A stretch of 64,000 nt of DNA from Candidatus Moranbacteria bacterium CG10_big_fil_rev_8_21_14_0_10_35_21. GTDB taxonomy: Bacteria > Patescibacteriota > Minisyncoccia > Moranbacterales > UBA2206. Below the pieces are notes generated by a model. It was not told the origin of the DNA. It made no database searches and saw only the letters and a program-made list of their open reading frames with translations. The stretch spans positions 25,008 to 89,007 of the forward strand of contig PFCG01000018.1 of NCBI GenBank assembly GCA_002773095.1, written 5' to 3'. Numbering within the stretch: position 1 is the first letter of the stretch; each line of letters opens with the position of its first letter. Positions 57,856 through 64,000 of this stretch are shown here, piece by piece. A program made the translations under genes and the position numbers.

Positions 57856-58445
57856 ATAATGAATAGTGTTAATATATACCAGAGCCAATAATTTTTAGGT
57901 TTTTTGAATTTAATATTTGATATCATCAAAAATGATGTCAGTATAATTATTAAAGGGGTAAAATAGATAATTTCAGGAAAAAGCAATGACGAGCTTATAA
58001 ACAATACGATTACTGATAATTGTGCAAATGGAACCGGTAGGCCGATGTAATATTGTTCGTTGTTATCTTTGACTAGGCCAGCGAGGTTGAATCTAGAAAG
58101 CCTTAGTATCCCGGCGGAAATCATAATAAAGACACTTACAATGGTAATCGCTTTGTTGAAGCTAAGGAAGTTGAGGGTAAAAATTGAAGTGAATGTTAAA
58201 TAATTTAGAGCATCAACGAATGAGTCCAGTTGTCGGCCAAACTCGCTTTCTATTTTTAACTTTCTGGCAACATAACCATCTAGGGTGTCCAGAAAGAAGG
58301 CAAAGGAAGCGGCAATAATGGCTTGGTTCGGCTTTCCGTCGAGGATAAAATAATAGCCTGTGACGGTAGGTAAAATAGCCGATAGAGAAATGATATCGGC
58401 AACACTTAGTTTTTTCAGAATAGATAGATGTTCTTTTATGCTCAT
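57825..58445 (-). CDS. CDP-alcohol phosphatidyltransferase (PssA/archaetidylserine-synthase-like)
   Basis: DTLDGYVARK...SEFGRQLDSFVD signature; LRLSRFN and GLPVP. Confidence 0.88.
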   Translation of the reverse strand: MSIKEHLSILKKLSVADIISLSAILPTVTGYYFILDGKPNQAIIAASFAFFLDTLDGYVARKLKIESEFGRQLDSFVDALNYLTFTSIFTLNFLSFNKAITIVSVFIMISAGILRLSRFNLAGLVKDNNEQYYIGLPVPFAQLSVIVLFISSSLLFPEIIYFTPLIIILTSFLMISNIKFKKPKNYWLWYILTLFIICLAVINLNK

Positions 58446-60982
58446 TCTTTTATTACTTTTATTAGTCCTTTGTTGCCGTCAACTTCAATTAGCTCATTAT
58501 CTTTAATCCTATTAACAACATCTTCAACTCTAACAACAGATGGAATTCCTAATTCCCGGCTCAATATAGCAGCATGAGAAAGAGAGTTTCCTTTTTCCAG
58601 CACGATTCCTTTTATGAGCGGGAAAATTAATGACCATCCCGGATCAGTCTGATAAGTAATGACAATCTTATCTCTAACATCAATATTAGCATCGAATTTC
58701 TTAAGAATAACAGCCCTCCCCCTGACTATTCCCTGGGATGTGGGTAGTCCCCGGTATTCATTTTTGGCCAATAACACCTCAGTGTCATTAATAATTTGAG
58801 CAGTCTTTCCGATTCCTATTAGTTTAAGGCGTTGAGGCAGGTCTTCTTCCTGTTTGTATTGCGAAAAGGTTTCTTTCCGCTTTTTTATTATCTCTCTGTA
58901 GTCTGATTCAAAATTATTGGAGTTTGAAATGTCCATTATCTCATTAGTGGTAAGATAAAAAATATCTTCTTTCGCGTCTATTATTTTTGCCAAAACAAAC
59001 TTATCGGCTAAAACCAAGAAGCAGTCTCTGGCGATACCATAAACGATAGCGCGCTTAATTCTAAAGAGTTCTCTGAATCTGATTGAAAGCCGGGTGTAGT
59101 GGGCGATCCATTTGGCAAAAAGACTGTAAATATGTCCCCGAACCATCCCGTGTTTATTTTTTATGGCCTTTTCCAGTTCATTGATATTTTGATTCACCCT
59201 CTCTGGTTTTTTAATAGCAGTATTCGTTTTGGAATAATATTTTATTAGGGTTATCAGAATATCAGGATCATCGCTAATTCTTGGGCTTTCCAAAATCAAT
59301 TCGTCCGGCCTTCGGTCGCCAAATTTATCTATATATGCGTCCAACATAGCTTTAAATTTGGAAAGCTCAATATTATCTGAGTCCAGAAGGTGTGCATATA
59401 TTAATCGGGGATTTTGTTCCTGGAATAGTTTAGTAAGTTCTGTTTTTCTGTAAATATATTCAGAAAGCTTATTTAACTCGTGGATTATTTCCAGGTCATC
59501 GTGACCGGAAAAATTAGTGATCAGTTTGTTAAGGTATATTTGCGAATCCTCCTGGATATTTTGAAAAACAATTTTTTTAAGGACTCCATGAAAAATCATC
59601 AAGCGGAAATCATTTAGTATCGGAACCTTCCAGTCATCTAGGAATGATTCTTTCAGCTTAGCGTAATAATTACAAAGCTCTCTCGCATTCATTGACTGCA
59701 ATTCAGTTTTCTTGTGGTGTTTGTTTTTTCTTTCAAATTCTTTCAGGAATTTATGATTCAGTCTTTTATAAAAAACAAGCTTATGGGCAAACTTCAAAAT
59801 CAGAGGAAGGTTTCTTGCGAGGGATATTAGCTGGACACCTCCCTCTTGTTTTTTTATTTCTGTAATTTTCTTTTGCGGTACCAGCATTGACTCAAAAAAA
59901 TCCTTATTGTAGCCATAGCCGGGGAGAATTTTTATCATTTCGTACCAATTGGAAATTTTGTAATAGACCCGGCCTTTTATATATCCCAAAAGATTGTTCA
60001 ATTTTTCTTGCTTTGCATTTATCTTTTTGTTTTCAACTCCAACTAGTCGGAAAAAATTGGCATAGACTTTGGAATAAGCAAATTGAATGAAGGAGTAAGT
60101 GAGAGGAGAGATGACTGAAGGATAGCTTTCGGAGATGTTGGTACAATCGAATATTTCTTCTTGAGTATCAGTAAATATATTTTGGGTAATATTTCTCGTT
60201 TGCAAAATAGCGACATCTTTTTCTGAAATTGACCATTCGATATCCTGCCCGACGCCCTTGAGGTAAGCTATTTTTTGGATTTGAGAAAGCATTTTCTGAA
60301 AAGGTGCTTCCAGATGGTTCTGTTTTATGATTAGTGGTGTTTCCAATTTATTTTTATCTGTAACTTCAATTTCATGGGCATTGCTTCCGTCCACTATATT
60401 TTTACCTATACCATGATTAAAAACAATTTTTGCGTTAAGTGGATATCGGACAAAAGCAACTCCTGAAAATTTGGCTGGAAACATTTCCTGAACAATGACG
60501 GAAAAGTTCAGGGCATCTAGCTTTATGTCGTTTGATCTAATATATTGGAAGACCCTTGGGGAAAAAATGCTACGGAAACACTTTTCGAGATAAGTTCGGA
60601 AATTTTCTTCAGTGAAGGTAATGTCCAGATATGTCTCATAAAGTCCGGCAAAGGAATAATCGGCTAAATCCTCAAGGGAGGCCGACGTTCTGAAGCTAAT
60701 TGATTTTGGAAACAAAGATTGCAATCTTAAAAAATCATTACTAAGCTTCCCTGCATCCCATTTCAATCCAGAAAATAGATCGTCTATATTTTTCTGATTG
60801 CCTTCTCTAAATTCTTTTATGAGCGACCGTGCGACATCGGTATAATTTACAAAGTAATCGCTTAGCAGAACAATCTTAAAACTGGGCGTTGGAAGTCCAT
60901 TTTTTTCAAGCCATATTAAATTATCGGATTTGTTTCCGATAATATTTTCTTCAATATCAATCTTTGACTTATCTAAAATCAT
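58442..60982 (-). CDS. PEP-synthase/rifampicin-phosphotransferase-architecture protein (ATP-grasp, substrate domain, swivelling His domain)
   Basis: GNK, RTSASLED...SFAGLYET, VQEM and DIEW...LQTRNIT; C-terminal TDPGW...LSHAAILSRELGIP. ATG 60982 overlaps the upstream stop (ATGA). Confidence 0.88.
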   Translation of the reverse strand: MILDKSKIDIEENIIGNKSDNLIWLEKNGLPTPSFKIVLLSDYFVNYTDVARSLIKEFREGNQKNIDDLFSGLKWDAGKLSNDFLRLQSLFPKSISFRTSASLEDLADYSFAGLYETYLDITFTEENFRTYLEKCFRSIFSPRVFQYIRSNDIKLDALNFSVIVQEMFPAKFSGVAFVRYPLNAKIVFNHGIGKNIVDGSNAHEIEVTDKNKLETPLIIKQNHLEAPFQKMLSQIQKIAYLKGVGQDIEWSISEKDVAILQTRNITQNIFTDTQEEIFDCTNISESYPSVISPLTYSFIQFAYSKVYANFFRLVGVENKKINAKQEKLNNLLGYIKGRVYYKISNWYEMIKILPGYGYNKDFFESMLVPQKKITEIKKQEGGVQLISLARNLPLILKFAHKLVFYKRLNHKFLKEFERKNKHHKKTELQSMNARELCNYYAKLKESFLDDWKVPILNDFRLMIFHGVLKKIVFQNIQEDSQIYLNKLITNFSGHDDLEIIHELNKLSEYIYRKTELTKLFQEQNPRLIYAHLLDSDNIELSKFKAMLDAYIDKFGDRRPDELILESPRISDDPDILITLIKYYSKTNTAIKKPERVNQNINELEKAIKNKHGMVRGHIYSLFAKWIAHYTRLSIRFRELFRIKRAIVYGIARDCFLVLADKFVLAKIIDAKEDIFYLTTNEIMDISNSNNFESDYREIIKKRKETFSQYKQEEDLPQRLKLIGIGKTAQIINDTEVLLAKNEYRGLPTSQGIVRGRAVILKKFDANIDVRDKIVITYQTDPGWSLIFPLIKGIVLEKGNSLSHAAILSRELGIPSVVRVEDVVNRIKDNELIEVDGNKGLIKVIKE

Positions 60983-61842
60983 AACAAGTAAAAGTTGAGA
61001 ATAATTAATCCATACATCCCAAGCGCGATGCTCCATTTATCAGAAGTATCAATAATCATTTTTCTTTTGATGAAATAAAGGATGGCAATTATTACTATTG
61101 CGAGCATTTGCAGAATGACAAGAAAATCAAGTCTATGTATAACAAGGGATATGGATAATGCCTGAAGGCAATAAAGAAATAACAAAAAAGCATATGACCG
61201 CTTTTCTCCCCAGCGGTAAATATAGGTATCGTTAGTCGCGTAGCCTTTTGGGGAAATCCTGTGTTTTACCTTCCTTCCAACTTCATAGATGAGCGTGGGA
61301 AGAAACAGGGCAAGAATGATCCAGATATCTTGCGAAGATTTAGGGATAAAAAAGTAACTCGATCCTACTGATAGCGTATAAAGTATGTAAATGATGAAAA
61401 TTATCTGATGCGAGAAGAGAAAAAGAACAAAGCTTTTATTCTCTAAGTCTTTTATGTAGAAATTTTTAAACATTAAAAACGAATATGCTACGGCCAGTAA
61501 GAATAATGGAAGAGTTTGGAAGGGTAGAAATAATTGCATGGATATTTCGACAAAAAGGATGACAAGGGCGACTCTTTTAATTATCGAGAGGGATAAAATT
61601 CCTTTTTGAACCGGTCTTGACTCGTGATGTTTTGAATCATACTGGAAATCTTTGAGTTCGTCCCAAAGGCGAATCCTTAGCAAAAACAAAAACATCATTA
61701 AAGAGACAATCAATATCTTGCCGAAATTATTGCTGTCTTCGTTGGCGTAGGCTATTCCCGCAAAGCCAAAGAGAAACGAGAGCAGCAGGGCGGGAATAAC
61801 TGGAAATCGTTCTTTCGTGTAAGTCAGAATGTTTTTAATCAT
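60979..61842 (-). CDS. UbiA-family prenyltransferase-like membrane protein
   Basis: ERFP; Asp-rich RLWDELKDFQYD.....RPVQKG motif; YEVGRK...DTY; about 8 TM helices. Confidence 0.75.
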   Translation of the reverse strand: MIKNILTYTKERFPVIPALLLSFLFGFAGIAYANEDSNNFGKILIVSLMMFLFLLRIRLWDELKDFQYDSKHHESRPVQKGILSLSIIKRVALVILFVEISMQLFLPFQTLPLFLLAVAYSFLMFKNFYIKDLENKSFVLFLFSHQIIFIIYILYTLSVGSSYFFIPKSSQDIWIILALFLPTLIYEVGRKVKHRISPKGYATNDTYIYRWGEKRSYAFLLFLYCLQALSISLVIHRLDFLVILQMLAIVIIAILYFIKRKMIIDTSDKWSIALGMYGLIILNFYLL

Positions 61843-61945
61843 TTCGTTATTTTTCCTTTTTTATGGTATATTTTATAAGTCGGCAGGGCTTTAATAATTC
61901 CCCAAGGGGATATACTGATGTTATCATAAAAAGCCTTATTTAGAA

Positions 61946-62725
61946 ATGAAGATAAATCTAAAAAAATTATCCTACATTATTACGGCTGTTGTTTTAATAA
62001 TAGTCATTTTTGGGGTTGGATTGTATTTTTGGGCAGAAAAGAATCGTCAGCAATTTTGTTTTTATAGGCATCTGTCGGACGCGGTCAAGATCAACAATGA
62101 AAGGAAGTCATACTATTCTAAAATCACCGCGGGGATATCTGAAGGTACTTCCAATAATTTGATCAGAAACGAGAGAATGCTGATGCCCGTGGCTTTATGG
62201 CTAGACATCCGAGCTCAGAAATTTATAAAAAAGGGTGTGCCAATCGTTTGTAATGATTTTGTTGAAATGAACGGTATAGAGAGCAAAGAAGGAAAGCCAT
62301 TTTATGCCAATATTGCCAATGAGTCAGTTTTTGAAAGGTTAAATTCAGATTTTGAAAATACAAAAACAGAAATGCGGAAATACAATCAGCAAAATGATTT
62401 TAAAAAAGTTAGCGAAATGGCGTATAGCTTGTTACTGAAAGTTGAGAACATTGAAAAAGAAACAAAAAGCAATTTTTGCATGGCTAGGCATGTAATTGAT
62501 TCTCTTGGGTTAGCAGCTGTTCATGCTGGCGGATATTCAAAGAATAGTCGTGGAGAAATAGATTCTTTCGCTCAGTCTTTTGTTGGGACGCAAATATCTG
62601 GACTTTCCAATTCTATCCTTGATATCGATAGAGGTGCCCAAAAAGCTCATCAATTGGGTGTTGGGATCGTTTGCAATGATGTGCCAAAGATTCCCTTTAA
62701 GGAAGAACACGAAAATAATTTATAA
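61946..62725 (+). CDS. Membrane-anchored hypothetical protein with internal duplication
   Basis: N-terminal TM helix; two FC..RH..D ... AQK....GV.IVCND repeats. Confidence 0.75.
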   Translation: MKINLKKLSYIITAVVLIIVIFGVGLYFWAEKNRQQFCFYRHLSDAVKINNERKSYYSKITAGISEGTSNNLIRNERMLMPVALWLDIRAQKFIKKGVPIVCNDFVEMNGIESKEGKPFYANIANESVFERLNSDFENTKTEMRKYNQQNDFKKVSEMAYSLLLKVENIEKETKSNFCMARHVIDSLGLAAVHAGGYSKNSRGEIDSFAQSFVGTQISGLSNSILDIDRGAQKAHQLGVGIVCNDVPKIPFKEEHENNL

Positions 62726-62739
62726 TTTTTTTGATTAAT

Positions 62740-63897
62740 ATGAATAGTAAAGTTTTGAAAAACATCCGATTATTTTGGGCAACCATGATTAAGTCACCTG
62801 GCTATTTTGGTCAATTTACCAATCAGATATATCAGGTCTATCTCAATCATCACAAAATAGTTCATTTTAGAGATGGTTACCCGGTTTATTCGCTTTCTAC
62901 TCCCGCGCTCTATAGTAAGCCAGCAGCTAATTTTTTTGCTCGCTCGCTATATAGAATCATTCAAAACAGGAACCTGCCAAACCTGATGAGCTTTGCTGTT
63001 TCTAAAACCTGCAATGCGGATTGCAAGCACTGCAGTTTTTTCGATAGTGAGAGTAAAAGGGAAGGAAAAATGCTGACGTTGGAGCAGTGCAAAAAAGTAA
63101 TTAAAGACGCACAGGAATTGGGCGTTTCAATTATCAATCTTTTGGGCGGAGAACCATTGATGAGGGAGGACATATTGGATGTCATTAAAAGCATCAATAA
63201 GGATTTGTCCACCGTTATACTGTTTACGAATGGCTGGTATCTCGCCGGAAAAGCAATGGAGCTGAAAAAATCTGGCCTTGATGGTGTTTATGTTAGTATT
63301 GATTCCGCTGATAAAGAAGAGCACGATAAAATTAGGGGTAAGCAAGGGATGTTCGATAGAGGAATGGAAGGTTTAAGAAATGCCAAAAAAGCAGGTCTAA
63401 CAGTTGGAATCTCCTGTTGCATCACAAAAGAAGATTATCAAAACGGAAAACTAAAAAGAATAATTGAGCTTGGGAAAAAGGTTGGTGTTCATGAGGTGCT
63501 TGTCTTTGATGCTATTCCCACAGGCAGAATGAGTGGTTGTGGAAATTTGGTTGATGATAATGGCTGGATCAATGAGATGATAAAATTCACTGAAAAATAC
63601 AATAAAGATGATAGTTACCCGGGGATATTGGTCTATGCATATGCTACCAGCTATCGAAGCACTGGGTGCTCCGGCGGGACGAGCTATTTTTATGTCTCTC
63701 CTTATGGCGATATTTCTCCATGTGATTTCAATCATGCAACTTTCGGCAATGTCCTGGAAGAGCCTTTGTATGAAATTTGGGGCAGGATGTCGTCATTGGA
63801 TTTGTATGAGCAAGCCACCTGGGGCGGATGCAAGATGAAAAGCTCAAAATATAGGGATAATGAACATGTGTCAGCCGAAGGATATAAAAGAGGATAA
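62740..63897 (+). CDS. Radical SAM protein with SPASM/twitch-like C-terminus
   Basis: CNADCKHC, GGEPL and VSID; C-terminal CSGG..YFYVSPYGDISPC. Confidence 0.9.
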   Translation: MNSKVLKNIRLFWATMIKSPGYFGQFTNQIYQVYLNHHKIVHFRDGYPVYSLSTPALYSKPAANFFARSLYRIIQNRNLPNLMSFAVSKTCNADCKHCSFFDSESKREGKMLTLEQCKKVIKDAQELGVSIINLLGGEPLMREDILDVIKSINKDLSTVILFTNGWYLAGKAMELKKSGLDGVYVSIDSADKEEHDKIRGKQGMFDRGMEGLRNAKKAGLTVGISCCITKEDYQNGKLKRIIELGKKVGVHEVLVFDAIPTGRMSGCGNLVDDNGWINEMIKFTEKYNKDDSYPGILVYAYATSYRSTGCSGGTSYFYVSPYGDISPCDFNHATFGNVLEEPLYEIWGRMSSLDLYEQATWGGCKMKSSKYRDNEHVSAEGYKRG

Positions 63898-64000
63898 CTT
63901 TTCGTATAGCATCTTGCGGGCTGGTGGCAGATGTGCTATATTCTAAGTGTCAGTAGTAAGTGCTGGCAATATAAAAATAAAGATAATAAAAACAGATGAA

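Larger units (their letters stand above)
48069..64000. mobile_element. Integrated element (terminase/methyltransferase/serine recombinase core plus cargo); right end not in window
   Basis: att-like tRNA fragment at the left end; visibly more GC-rich than the flanking chromosome; phage packaging genes and a recombinase. Inclusion of the cargo beyond 54.1 kb is inferred. Confidence 0.65.

Noticed and set aside
58442-60982. Calling this gene ppsA or rph
   Set aside because: The domain order excludes classical PpsA, and rifampicin specificity cannot be inferred from the sequence.
195-63838. Many short ORFs in the track lying antisense to or out of frame within long genes (e.g. 195-431, 14276-14623, 33401-33823, 49203-49619)
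   Set aside because: They are nested in well-supported genes and show no recognisable motifs; treated as shadow ORFs.

Overview
AT-rich bacterial chromosome segment. Gene content (archaeal-type UMP kinase, many GT-C glycosyltransferases, mostly no Shine-Dalgarno motifs, tight packing) suggests a Patescibacteria/CPR (Parcubacteria-like) genome; this is inference. Part A (1-27.6 kb): a large cell-surface glycan locus with 2 nucleotide-sugar dehydrogenases, GT2/GT4/GT-C transferases, flippases, an O-antigen-ligase-like protein and an LCP protein. A divergent RtcB-fold protein and a thymidylate-kinase-like gene are embedded in it. Part B (27.6-47 kb): housekeeping genes (ctpA-like, rplI, pyrG, rpmA, frameshifted pyrH, gltX, priA, def, fmt, obgE), an Rrf2-controlled hemerythrin/cupin/IscS/IscU operon facing an Fe-S-type nuclease, then a lone PIN nuclease facing a candidate small RNA. 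Part C (48.07 kb to window end): an integrated element bounded by a disrupted tRNA 3' fragment. It carries large and small terminases, two DNA methyltransferases and a frameshifted large serine recombinase, with no capsid or portal gene visible. Next comes a cassette of lipid/isoprenoid enzymes (CarS-like CDP-archaeol synthase, UbiA-like prenyltransferase, PEP-dependent phosphotransferase, CDP-alcohol phosphotransferase, phytol/dolichol-type kinase, acyl-reductase-like SDR, DUF4105/Lnb-like protein, GNAT) and a radical SAM gene. Short palindromic elements and 7-bp-period repeats occur throughout parts A and B, between genes and in frame inside proteins. All family calls are by-eye motif recognition; no database searches were run.
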